From positions 64,001 to 128,000 of the forward strand of contig JBPRGF010000029.1 of assembly GCA_051418015.1 (NCBI GenBank): 64,000 nt of DNA, in the 5' to 3' direction. This DNA is from Candidatus Nitrospinota bacterium M3_3B_026 (lineage in GTDB: Bacteria; Nitrospinota_A; UBA7883; JBPRGF01). Positions within the stretch are counted from its first letter, which is position 1; every line of letters starts with the position of its first letter. A model generated the notes under the pieces. The model was not told the origin of the DNA. It searched no databases and worked only from the letters and a program-made list of their open reading frames with translations. Position numbers and translations under genes: made by a program. Shown here piece by piece: positions 48,045 to 56,805 of the stretch.

Positions 48045-48869
48045 TCAGGCCCGTTTGCGAAGGGCTCCGGCGACCTCCCGGGCGATTATCTCCGCCACGT
48101 CCCCGGCGCCGGCTCCGGGTCTGCGGCCGTCATCTGCGTCACCGCCGGACGCGGCCTCGTCCGCCTGGCGGGTCATCCTGCCGCAGGCGTCGCACTCGTT
48201 GCAGGCGTCCGTCAGGATCCGCCGCCGCGGCCAGCCCTGGGCGTCGGCTATACGCTGGAGGTTTTCTATCTGCTCGGCGGTCAGCGGCCGGGCGCCGCCG
48301 AGCTGGCGGGCGTGGTAGGTGATCTCGGCGACGTGCTCCATCCGCTCGAGGGCGTTGTAGGCGCCCATCAGGTCCCGCCCGACGGTGACGGAGCCGTGCC
48401 GCTCCAGGATGATCGCGTCGAAGTCTTTTATGTAACAACTGATGGACTCGGCCACACTCTCCGTCGCCGGGGGGGCGTAGCCGGCCGTGGGGATGGAGCC
48501 GAGGGTGAAGACGACCTCCGGCAGCAGGCACTTGGCGAGCTTTATGCCGGCAAGCGAAAAGGCGACGGAATAGGTCGGGTGGGCGTGGACGACGGCGGTC
48601 ACATCCGCGCGCTGCCGGTAGCAGGCAAGATGCATCGCCGTCTCGCTGGAGGGTTTTCTGGAGCCTGCGATCAGGCGCCCCTCCATGTCGATGACGATCA
48701 GGTCTCGCGGGGTCATGAAGCCTTTGTGAGTCCCGCTGGGTGTTATCAGCAGCCTGTCGCGCCCGAGGCGGACGGAGACGTTGCCGTCGGTGGAGCTTAT
48801 CCAGCCCTTGCGATGGATGAACTCACAGACCTTTACTATTTCCCGTCTTTGTTCCTGTTCGCTCTTCAT
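48045..48869 (-). CDS. Class II aldolase/adducin family protein with C-terminal encapsulation peptide
   Basis: DGNVS, TPSG, SSETAMH, VHAHP, LERHG (Zn ligands); tail CNECDAC, a linker, and amphipathic DVAEIIAREVAGALRK. Confidence 0.9.
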   Translation of the reverse strand: MKSEQEQRREIVKVCEFIHRKGWISSTDGNVSVRLGRDRLLITPSGTHKGFMTPRDLIVIDMEGRLIAGSRKPSSETAMHLACYRQRADVTAVVHAHPTYSVAFSLAGIKLAKCLLPEVVFTLGSIPTAGYAPPATESVAESISCYIKDFDAIILERHGSVTVGRDLMGAYNALERMEHVAEITYHARQLGGARPLTAEQIENLQRIADAQGWPRRRILTDACNECDACGRMTRQADEAASGGDADDGRRPGAGAGDVAEIIAREVAGALRKRA

Positions 48870-49035
48870 GGTGCTTAGTTACAATATCTTATCGTGATGG
48901 ATATTGTTGCAATATCGGTACTATATTCGCCGCCAAGAGTCGTGATCCAAGTGGCGCGACGACGAAATCCGGTCTGTCCGGGGCGATCCGCGCCGGACGA
49001 TGAAGATGAATAATCTATATAATTCAATATCTGCA

Positions 49036-49317
49036 CTATCTTCCCCCGGCCTCGATCTCGACCTGATCCACAATTCCTTCAATAACTGAATGAACTGGCG
49101 CTCCATCGTCCAAAAAGAGCTGACGGGAGGCGTTCCCCTCCACGGCGACAAGGACAATATCCCCGGGACCGGCCTGGGCGAAGTCAACCGACAGAAAAGT
49201 CTGGCCTTCCGGCTCCAGATTTTCATTCAAAGGTTGAACTATCATCACCTTGTGGCCCACGTATGAATGATGCTTGACCGTGGACTGGACGTTGCCCACC
49301 ACCCGGCACAGCTTCAT
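49036..49317 (-). CDS. BMC-P vertex protein (EutN/CcmL family)
   Basis: MKLCRVVGNVQSTVKH, DFAQAGPGDIVL, IEGIVD. Confidence 0.92.
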   Translation of the reverse strand: MKLCRVVGNVQSTVKHHSYVGHKVMIVQPLNENLEPEGQTFLSVDFAQAGPGDIVLVAVEGNASRQLFLDDGAPVHSVIEGIVDQVEIEAGGR

Positions 49318-49592
49318 TTTTCAACATCCTCCGCGTTCACCGAATCGATGATTTCCACTATTCCCGCATCCACCGGCGTGAACTTCTCATCCAGGGCCAG
49401 CGACGCCTCGCGCCCGACGACGTATGCCACCAGGTCCCCCTCGCCCGCCTGCAACGGATCCGTGGCGATGATCGGCTCCCCTTTCGGCTTGTCCGCATGG
49501 TCGACCGGCTGAATCAGCAGCAACTTCACCCCCTCCAGCGCCTCGTGTTTCCGGGTGGCGACGACGCGCCCTTTGACTCTGGCAAGATGCAT
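49314..49592 (-). CDS. BMC-P vertex protein (EutN/CcmL family)
   Basis: MHLARVKGRVVATRK, DPLQAGEGDLV, PVDAGIVEIID. Confidence 0.93.
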   Translation of the reverse strand: MHLARVKGRVVATRKHEALEGVKLLLIQPVDHADKPKGEPIIATDPLQAGEGDLVAYVVGREASLALDEKFTPVDAGIVEIIDSVNAEDVEK

Positions 49593-49602
49593 AACGTTTT
49601 CT

Positions 49603-50166
49603 CTATAGAAGTTTCAGGTTGATGTCCTGATGTGGGTTTGGGATGATCTCATGGCACAGCAGCGTCCCCTGCTCGGCGATTATCGCCACCCCCGCCTCCG
49701 CCGCCGCCTCGATCTCGTGAAGCTCACCTGTCATGGTATAGAACGATTTGCCGCCGAGTCCGTTTGCCATCCGCAGTTCGATCAGCGTGACCTCCGCCGC
49801 CTTCGCCGCCGCGTCGGCGGACAGGATGACCGAAGCGACCGAGAAGACCTCGATGATAGCCAGCGACTCGATCCCGCCCACCTCCACGCAGGCCTCCATC
49901 GCCGGGATGAGCTGCTCGTGGGCGTTCGGCAGGAACATGTCGTCCACGATCATCTCCCCCGCGTGGGCGGCCCCGGCCCGGTAGGCCTCCTCCACCGGCC
50001 CCACCTCGCCCGCCACAACGATGATGTACTTGCCCGGGCAGACCGTCCGCGCCTCCATCAGCCGGACGGGCGCCTTCTTGACCATCTCGTCGGCCGTTTT
50101 CACCCCCCGGGCGATGGAGCGAAGCTCGATAAGCGCCACGGCGGGCTCGTTATACGTCCCGGTCAT
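49603..50166 (-). CDS. PduT-like tandem-domain BMC-T shell protein
   Basis: IELRSIARG..ADEMVK, VCPGKY (Cys equivalent to the PduT Fe-S ligand), ADAAAKAA, GLGGKSF, IPNPH. Confidence 0.92.
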   Translation of the reverse strand: MTGTYNEPAVALIELRSIARGVKTADEMVKKAPVRLMEARTVCPGKYIIVVAGEVGPVEEAYRAGAAHAGEMIVDDMFLPNAHEQLIPAMEACVEVGGIESLAIIEVFSVASVILSADAAAKAAEVTLIELRMANGLGGKSFYTMTGELHEIEAAAEAGVAIIAEQGTLLCHEIIPNPHQDINLKLL

Positions 50167-51497
50167 CGCCTTATCTCCACGTAATCCGCCGCCACGGTCC
50201 CCACCTCGCCGCTGATCGAGGCGTGATACGCCGCGCCGAGCCTGCCTTCGGGTATCCGGGCGATTTTTTGGCCTTTTTGAACCTTGTCCCCCTCCGCCAC
50301 GACAGGCTCGGCCGGGGCGCCGATATGGGTGTCCAGCCGGATGCGGACGAATGGCGTCTCCAACACCCCCTCCCGGAAAGGCGGGCGGATGTCGTACTCT
50401 GAAAGCCCAAGCCGCGTGACCAGGCGTTCCGAGGGGATGCCCCGAAATTTTCTGTGGGGGTCGGCCTCAAGCCCGGAGCTGTTGTGCGGATTCTTCATCC
50501 CCGCTTCGCCCAGCCTGCGCTTGAACTCCCGGAAGATGACGCGGGGCGAAAGCGACATCGGGCAGGCCCAGAGGTCGCACGCGCCGCATTCGCAGCACAG
50601 CCACGCGGAGGTTATCGTGTCCGTGTCCAGGTCGCGGTCGTAGTTGATGACGCGCATGATCTTGTGCGGCTCGATGGCGTGCCCCTGCAGAAAACGGGGG
50701 CAGAAATCGGTGCAGTACCGGCAGACCTCGCAGGCGGCCTTGGAAAGGCGTATCTCCGTCGAGAGCGGCCGCCTGGCCCTGTATACGTAGCTGTGCCGCT
50801 TCGGCAACACAAAAATACCCCCCATGGTCTTCGTCGTCACCTCGCTCATGTCCTTGGTGATCCTGCCCATCATCGGGCCGTTGACGAGGATGACGTAGTC
50901 GTCGACCCTCGGCCCGAGCTTCGGGATGATTTCCGAGAAGGGCGTTCCCACGGGGACAGTGGCGAGGCATGGGTTGTCCACCGCGCCGCCGAGGGTGACG
51001 AGCCGCTCGGTGACGGGTCTGCCGTCCATGGCGTCCGCGAGATGAGCCAGCGTCCCGGCGTTCATGACCAGCGCCCCGGCCATCGGCGGGATGCCCCCCT
51101 CGGGGACGATCCGCCCGGTGGCTTCGTAGACCAAAAACTGCTCGTCGCCGGCCGGGTAGACGTTTTCGAGCTGGAGGATTTCAAGACCCTCGCCCGGCTC
51201 GATCCGCTCATTCATGGCAGCGATGGCTTTTTTGTATTTTTTCTTCACGCCGAGGACAGCGCGGACGGGCGCCTCGCGCCGCCTCTCGAAGTCGGCCTTG
51301 ACGGCCCTTAAGGCGGTGACGATCTCCCTGGCGCGTCTTTCCATGATCTCCTGGTCGCCATGCATCAGCGGCTCGCACTCGGCGCCGTTGACGATGACGG
51401 TGTCCACGGGGTTTTCGAGCTTGACGTGGGTGGGAAACCCCGCCCCGCCCGCGCCTATGATCCCCGCTTCCCGCGCCGCCTCGGCCAGCTGCGTCAT
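50163..51497 (-). CDS. PduS-like (RnfC-related) flavin/4Fe-4S oxidoreductase
   Basis: AGIIGAGGAGFPTHVK, NGAECEPL, YPAGDE, GPMMG, CEVCRYCTDFCP, CCECGACDLWACP, HIGAPA, HASISG. Confidence 0.9.
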   Translation of the reverse strand: MTQLAEAAREAGIIGAGGAGFPTHVKLENPVDTVIVNGAECEPLMHGDQEIMERRAREIVTALRAVKADFERRREAPVRAVLGVKKKYKKAIAAMNERIEPGEGLEILQLENVYPAGDEQFLVYEATGRIVPEGGIPPMAGALVMNAGTLAHLADAMDGRPVTERLVTLGGAVDNPCLATVPVGTPFSEIIPKLGPRVDDYVILVNGPMMGRITKDMSEVTTKTMGGIFVLPKRHSYVYRARRPLSTEIRLSKAACEVCRYCTDFCPRFLQGHAIEPHKIMRVINYDRDLDTDTITSAWLCCECGACDLWACPMSLSPRVIFREFKRRLGEAGMKNPHNSSGLEADPHRKFRGIPSERLVTRLGLSEYDIRPPFREGVLETPFVRIRLDTHIGAPAEPVVAEGDKVQKGQKIARIPEGRLGAAYHASISGEVGTVAADYVEIRR

Positions 51498-51518
51498 CTC
51501 AAAACACCTCCATTCAAA

Positions 51519-51604
51519 CCCTCCCCCTGGACGGGGGAGGATTAAGGTGGGGGTGTGTAAAATTAATACCCCCTCCCCCTTGTCCCCTCCCGCCAGGGGA
51601 GGGG
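51519..51604. repeat. REP-like family A repeat
   Basis: CCCTCCCCCTGGACGGGGGAGGATTAAGGTGGGGGTG...ACCCCCTCCCC..CCCCTCCCGCCAGGGGAGGGG. Confidence 0.7.
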
Positions 51605-51674
51605 CGCCTTTTGGTTCTCTCGAATCTCCTGGTGTCTGCCTGCGTCATGCGTTTCCGGGAAATAGCCTCCGGGC

Positions 51675-53135
51675 TCAGATGATCCTGAATCTGTCTTTGA
51701 GCGCGCAGCGCCGCTCGCGGGTGAAATCTATCGCTGTCGTCAGCCCCTCCCCCGTGGGCGAGGCGATGGTGAACGAGGTGTACCCCTCGCCGCCGGCGCC
51801 GAGCCCCGCGATGGAAGGGCCGTTCTTCACGAAGATGGAGGTGTTCACCACCCGCGCCATCTTCGAGAGGTTGTCCACGTTCGTCGAGTGCATCACCGAC
51901 GTGTGGAAAAATCCGTGTTCCACCTTCAGGGCAAGATCTATCGCCTCGTCCACGTCTTTGACGCGCACCAGCGGGATGACAGGCATGAGCTGCTCCATGA
52001 CGACGATGGGATGATCCTTCGGCGCCTCGAAGAAGAGCAGCCGGATATCCTCCCCCGCCTCCTCACAGCCGATGGCCCGCAGGATGCGCCAGGCGTCCTT
52101 GCCCACCCATTCCTTGTTGATCTCGCCGTGGTCGCCCGGCCCTTCCGGGGGGCGTTTTATGACGAGTTTTTCGGCCTTGCGGACCTGCGCCGGGGAAAGC
52201 TCGTACGCGCCGTGTTTTTTCATCTCCGCCTTCAGCGCGTCGGCCACGGAAGCGACGCAGATGATCTCCTTCTCCACCACGCAGACGATGTTGTTGTCGA
52301 ACGACGCGCCGTCGACTATGTGGCGGGCCGCCTCCGGTATGTTCGCCGTCTCGTCGACGACCGCCGGCGGGTTGCCCGGCCCGGCGGCTATGACCTTTTT
52401 GCCCGACCCCATCGCCGCCTTGACGACGCCAGGCCCGCCTGTGACGACGAGCAGCCGGATATCGGGATGGGCCATAAGCTCCTGCGCGCTCTGGATGGTG
52501 GGCGTTCTCGGCGCGGCCAGCAGGCAGGCGGGGCCACCGGCGGCGTGGATCGCCTCGTTGAGCAGGCTGATGACGCGGGCGGTGACGTTTTTGGCCGTGG
52601 GATGGGCGTTGAAGACCACCGCGTTGCCGCCCGCGATCATCCCGATGGCGTTGGATATCACCGTCGCCACCGGGTTCGTGCAGGGGGTGATGGAGCCGAT
52701 GACGCCGTAGGGCGCCCGCTCCTCGATGGTTATCCCGTCGTCGCCGGTGAAGGCCAGCGGCTTCAGAATCTCCGTCCCCGGCGTCTTGTCGATGGCGAGC
52801 CGGTTCTTGAGGATTTTTGTCTCAACACGGCCAAGGCGCGTCTCGGCGGCGGCTTCCCGGGCGAGGTTTTCAGCCTCCACCCTCGCCCGCTGGCGCATGG
52901 CCTCGATCAGTTTCTTGCGGCCTTCGAGGGGCATCCCGTCCAGCGTCCTGAAGGCGGCCTTCGCCGCCGCCACGGCATCGGCCACCGTGTCGAAAAGCCC
53001 TAGCCCCGAGGCGCCGCCCTCCGAAGGTGTAGCGGCCCCGGCCGGAGCGGGCGGCGAATCCGCGCCCTCCCGCGCCTCCAGCCTCTCAACGACGCGGTTT
53101 ACAATGTCGGCTATCTGGTCCTGTTCGATCTTCAT
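51675..53135 (-). CDS. CoA-acylating aldehyde dehydrogenase (EutE/PduP family) with N-terminal encapsulation peptide
   Basis: KTPGTE, APYGVIGSITPCTNP, VTGGPGVV, AGPGNPP, FDNNIVCVVEKE (catalytic Cys), TIASPTGEG; N-terminal DQIADIVNRVVERL plus a Pro/Ala linker. Confidence 0.93.
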   Translation of the reverse strand: MKIEQDQIADIVNRVVERLEAREGADSPPAPAGAATPSEGGASGLGLFDTVADAVAAAKAAFRTLDGMPLEGRKKLIEAMRQRARVEAENLAREAAAETRLGRVETKILKNRLAIDKTPGTEILKPLAFTGDDGITIEERAPYGVIGSITPCTNPVATVISNAIGMIAGGNAVVFNAHPTAKNVTARVISLLNEAIHAAGGPACLLAAPRTPTIQSAQELMAHPDIRLLVVTGGPGVVKAAMGSGKKVIAAGPGNPPAVVDETANIPEAARHIVDGASFDNNIVCVVEKEIICVASVADALKAEMKKHGAYELSPAQVRKAEKLVIKRPPEGPGDHGEINKEWVGKDAWRILRAIGCEEAGEDIRLLFFEAPKDHPIVVMEQLMPVIPLVRVKDVDEAIDLALKVEHGFFHTSVMHSTNVDNLSKMARVVNTSIFVKNGPSIAGLGAGGEGYTSFTIASPTGEGLTTAIDFTRERRCALKDRFRII

Positions 53136-53180
53136 CGCCTCTCGTCCATTCTCCCTTTTAAGGGCGGCTTCCGTCCTTAT

Positions 53181-53265
53181 CCTCCCCCTCAACGGGGGAG
53201 GATAAGGTGGGGGTGATATTTATTTATACCCCCTCCCCTCAATCCCCTCCCTCCAGGGGAGGGGG
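53181..53265. repeat. REP-like family A repeat
   Basis: CCTCCCCCTCAACGGGGGAGGATAAGGTGGGGGTG...ATACCCCCTCCCC..CCCCTCCCTCCAGGGGAGGGG; close copy of 51519-51604. Confidence 0.7.
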
Positions 53266-53290
53266 TAGCCAATGTCCCCCGCTCTCAGCC

Positions 53291-53605
53291 TCACACATCC
53301 ACCGCCGGGGCGGGCTCTACCTTGGTGTAGGCCGTCTCCCCCTCCACGTCCCAGGTGTCGACGATCCCCATGATGATCGCGTCTACGGGGCGGTTGAGGG
53401 TGATATCGCTCTGCCGCGCCGCCGAGCCGGTGGCGTAGAGGACAACCTCCCCCACCCCCGCGCCCACGGCGTCGGCGCAGACGTGGTAGCCGTTTGAGAA
53501 CTCCCCGCGGTGGTCGACGTTTTTCACCAGCAGCAGCTTCAGCCCCACGATGCTTTCGGTTTTCTTCGTGGAGACCACCGTCCCCACGACCTTGCCGAAA
53601 AGCAT
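53291..53605 (-). CDS. BMC-P vertex protein (EutN/CcmL family)
   Basis: [40 protein letters not shown]. Confidence 0.94.
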   Translation of the reverse strand: MLFGKVVGTVVSTKKTESIVGLKLLLVKNVDHRGEFSNGYHVCADAVGAGVGEVVLYATGSAARQSDITLNRPVDAIIMGIVDTWDVEGETAYTKVEPAPAVDV

Positions 53606-53904
53606 CAGCCCTGCTCCGCCGCCGCCGGCTTGCGCCCGAGGGGCAGGGCCAGGTCGATGTTGCTGTGCGGGCGCGGAATGACATGGACGGAGACAAGCTC
53701 GCCGACCTTTTCGGCCGCGCGCGACCCCGCGTCGGTCGCCGCCTTCACCGCCGCCACGTCGCCTCGCACAACGGCTGTCACGTAGCCGCCGCCGATCTTT
53801 TCGTAGCCGACGAGCTCCACCCTCGCGGCCTTCACCATCGCGTCGGAGGCCTCCACCATTCCGACGAAACCCCTCGTCTCGATCAATCCCAATGCGTCAA
53901 TCAT
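53605..53904 (-). CDS. BMC-H hexameric shell protein (EutM/PduA-like)
   Basis: [24 protein letters not shown]...GDVAAVKAA...HVIPRPH. Confidence 0.96.
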   Translation of the reverse strand: MIDALGLIETRGFVGMVEASDAMVKAARVELVGYEKIGGGYVTAVVRGDVAAVKAATDAGSRAAEKVGELVSVHVIPRPHSNIDLALPLGRKPAAAEQG

Positions 53905-53934
53905 TTTTCCTTGTCTCCCTGCGAGTTGTGTTGT

Positions 53935-54567
53935 CTATTTCTTTTTCTTCTGAAGCTCCTGCCCCGAAAGGCTCTCCACGGCGGTCACCGCCGCCTCGGA
54001 GGCGGAGTCTATCTCCGACTCGGACCCGGACATGTAAAGCCTGCCGAAGGCGCCGAAAGGCCGCACCTCCACAAGCCGCACATCGGCGGCCTTTTCGGCC
54101 TCGTTGGCGGCGTAGATGGCGTAGCCGGCTGGCTCGGTCTCCAGTATGAACAGCGACTCCCCCGGCAATATCATCGAGCCGCTCCTGTTGCGGTTGATGA
54201 GCTGGCACTGGTAGGCCTCCATGCTCCTTATGATCTGGTTGGATACGATGTTCGGCTTGATCCTCTCCGACTCCTCAAGCCCCAGGAAATCCAGGATCGC
54301 CGACCCCGCGCTCAGCACCTCGCCCTTGTCGTGCTCGTGCACCTCCAGCAGGCCGAAGGCCCGCTCCACGATCTGCACCGCGGGCTGGCAGGTGGTCGCC
54401 TTCAGCGCCACGTCGGTCACCCTGTTAATGGCCAGCCCCGGCGCTATCTCCACGAAAAGCGACGCCACCCCCGGCACCGGCAGGAAGCCGCGCGCCGTCG
54501 AGCCTATGAAGGAGGCGAGCTGGGCCTGGAGACTGTCCAGGAATACATAAGTTCTGAGTGTAATCAT
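53935..54567 (-). CDS. Circularly permuted BMC-T (CcmP/CsoS1D-like stacking trimer)
   Basis: [64 protein letters not shown]. Confidence 0.9.
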   Translation of the reverse strand: MITLRTYVFLDSLQAQLASFIGSTARGFLPVPGVASLFVEIAPGLAINRVTDVALKATTCQPAVQIVERAFGLLEVHEHDKGEVLSAGSAILDFLGLEESERIKPNIVSNQIIRSMEAYQCQLINRNRSGSMILPGESLFILETEPAGYAIYAANEAEKAADVRLVEVRPFGAFGRLYMSGSESEIDSASEAAVTAVESLSGQELQKKKK

Positions 54568-54629
54568 CCGCTTCCGCCCTCTTTGTTGTTCTCAGTTCTG
54601 AGCCTTTTCCTCCGCCCTTCGCCCGACAA

Positions 54630-54710
54630 TGTCATGCTGAACGAAGTGAAGCATCCCGTCCGCCCTTGCCATGCCCCGGCGGTATTCCTCGGCTTCGCCC
54701 CGGAATGACG
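54630..54710. repeat. REP-like family B repeat
   Basis: GTCATGCTGAACGAAGTGAAGCATCC...TTCCTCGGCTTCGCCCCGGAATGAC. Confidence 0.6.
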
Positions 54711-54723
54711 TTGCGGGCCACGG

Positions 54724-55659
54724 CTAATACTGTTTTGACGTTATGACGTTCTCTATCTTCCTCGCGCTCGCGAGCGCCATCTTCCTGTCCTTCAGCCCCA
54801 CGGCCACGTAAAGAAGGTCGATGATGCTCGACTGCGCGATCCGCGAGGCCAGCGCCTCGGTCCTGAACTTCATCTCCTTGCTGGCCGTGATAAGGGTGAC
54901 GTCAGTGGCCTTCGCCAACGGCGACATGTGGTTGCTGGTCACGGCCACCGTCCGCGCCCCGGCGCGTTTGCCCGTCTCCACGGCCTCCACGGGGTCCTTG
55001 GTGGCGCCGGAGTGGCTTATGGCCAGGATCACGTCCCTTTTCGAAAGGAGCGCCGCCTCCATCATCATCAGGTGCGCGTCCGTCTGGGCGGAAACCAGAA
55101 GGCCCAGACGCATCAGCTTGACGTATGCGTCAAAGGCGATCGGCGCGGAGGTGCCGACGCCGATGACCAGCGTCCTCCCGGCTCCGGCGACAAGACCCGC
55201 GGCGCGCTCCACGGCGGCCGGGTCGAGGGCGTTAAGGGTGTCCCGCAAAGTGTCGATGTTCGCCCCGAAAACTTTCCGGGCCAATGTCTCCGGGTCGTCC
55301 TTTTCAGATACGTCCTCGTGAAGAGTGGAGGCGAGAGGGGAGACGATCTCCCGCGCCAGGCCGATCTTCATGTCCGCGAACCCCAGGAAGCCGGCGGCGC
55401 GGCAGAACCGGACCACCGTCGCCTCGGAGACACGGGAGGCGGCGGCGACCTCCCCCACGGAGCTGGCCATCACATCCTCCGGGCTGGAAAGGACGTACTC
55501 GGCCACCTTGCGCTCGGCGGGCAGAAGGGACGGGACGGCTCCCCTGATCCTGACCGTCGCCCCGGCCCCGCCCGCCCGGCTCACGGCGCCCCGGGCCCGC
55601 AAAACCCGCCCGCGCCCCGCAATGCCGCCGCCCTTCGCGGCCGCTCTTTTCGATCTCAT
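54724..55659 (-). CDS. RpiR/MurR family regulator (HTH + SIS)
   Basis: AERKVAEYVL, VSEATVVRFCRAAGFLGF, GVGTS, ISHSGAT, SPLAK. Confidence 0.92.
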   Translation of the reverse strand: MRSKRAAAKGGGIAGRGRVLRARGAVSRAGGAGATVRIRGAVPSLLPAERKVAEYVLSSPEDVMASSVGEVAAASRVSEATVVRFCRAAGFLGFADMKIGLAREIVSPLASTLHEDVSEKDDPETLARKVFGANIDTLRDTLNALDPAAVERAAGLVAGAGRTLVIGVGTSAPIAFDAYVKLMRLGLLVSAQTDAHLMMMEAALLSKRDVILAISHSGATKDPVEAVETGKRAGARTVAVTSNHMSPLAKATDVTLITASKEMKFRTEALASRIAQSSIIDLLYVAVGLKDRKMALASARKIENVITSKQY

Positions 55660-55847
55660 GGCGGCAGAATACCGCGGAGGGGAGGAGCCTGTCAAGTTAA
55701 ATTACATGATACTCCGTATTTATGTAGTAAATTTTCACCGGAAGGCGGCGGAGATGGGCGTCCTTCCGGCAGGAAGGGAAAATCCCCGCGGGCGCCGTAA
55801 ATCCTCGCCGCCCTGGGTTGTGAGATGCTTTTGCCGGAGCCTGCTCT

Positions 55848-56030
55848 GGGATCCTTCGCCTTCGGCTCAGGATGACAAAGAGGGGCGGCTTGGGATGACA
55901 ACGGAGGGGCGCCTCGGGATGATGACGTCCCTTTGCCATGTCATGTTGAACCTGGTGAAGGGTCTCAAACCGCGAAGCGCAAGACCTTGAAACAAGTTCA
56001 GGGCTCCTCAACCCGCCCAGGATGACACCT
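55848..56030. repeat. Cluster of REP-like family B half-repeats
   Basis: GGATCCTTCGCCTTCGGCTCAGGATGACA, further GGATGACA copies, TGTCATGTTGAACCT, AAACAAGTTCAGG. Confidence 0.6.
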
Positions 56031-56100
56031 CGAGGACCACGCGGCAACGCGGGGCGCGCGGGGGCTGAGACGGCGGGCTGGTGTGTGCGATAATCAGGGC

Positions 56101-56805
56101 ATGAACGCTCAAGAGACCAGGGCCGCGGCGGTCCAGAGGATGTTCTCGGCGATCGCCCCGCGGTACGACCTGTTGAACCATCTTCTCTCCCTGGGGATGG
56201 ACATCCGCTGGCGGCGGCGCGCGGCGGCCCTTTTCGGGGACCTTTCCGGCAGGCTTGTCCTGGACGTGGCCTGCGGCACGGGCGACCTTTCCATAACCCT
56301 GGCCGGCAGGGGCGCGAACGTTGTGGGGGCGGATTTTTCGGAGCGGATGCTCCGGCTCGGGCGGGAGAAGGTGAAACGGAAAAAACTCGATGGCCGCGTA
56401 GCGCTCGAGCGGGCGGACGCCCTGGGCTTGCCTTACGGCGACGGCTCTTTCGACGGCGTGACGTGCGCCTTCGGCGTCCGCAACTTCGCCGACCTTGAAA
56501 AGGGCCTTTCGGAGATGGCGCGTGTTTTGAAAAAGGGGGGGAGGCTTGTGATCCTGGAGTTCACGACCCCGGAAAATCCCGTCATGGCCGCGGTCTACAG
56601 GCTCTATTTCACGAAGATACTGCCCCTTGTCGGCGGCGTCGTCTCGGGTGAGCGGTCCGCCTACGAGTATTTGCCGGACTCCGTGTATAAATTCCCGGAG
56701 CCCGCGCGGCTTTCGGAGCTGGTCGAGGCCGCGGGGTTCGGCGATGTGAAGTTCATCCCCTTCACGTTCGGGATATGCGGTGTCCACACGGGGGTGAGGC
56801 GGTGA
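56101..56805 (+). CDS. ubiE: Ubiquinone/menaquinone C-methyltransferase
   Basis: MFSAIAPRYDLLNHLLS, LDVACGTGD, FGVRN, AYEYLPDSV. Confidence 0.93.
   Translation: MNAQETRAAAVQRMFSAIAPRYDLLNHLLSLGMDIRWRRRAAALFGDLSGRLVLDVACGTGDLSITLAGRGANVVGADFSERMLRLGREKVKRKKLDGRVALERADALGLPYGDGSFDGVTCAFGVRNFADLEKGLSEMARVLKKGGRLVILEFTTPENPVMAAVYRLYFTKILPLVGGVVSGERSAYEYLPDSVYKFPEPARLSELVEAAGFGDVKFIPFTFGICGVHTGVRR

Noticed and set aside
48045..54567. Carboxysome, Eut or Pdu assignment for the BMC
   Set aside because: No RuBisCO, carbonic anhydrase, eutBC or pduCDE in the locus.
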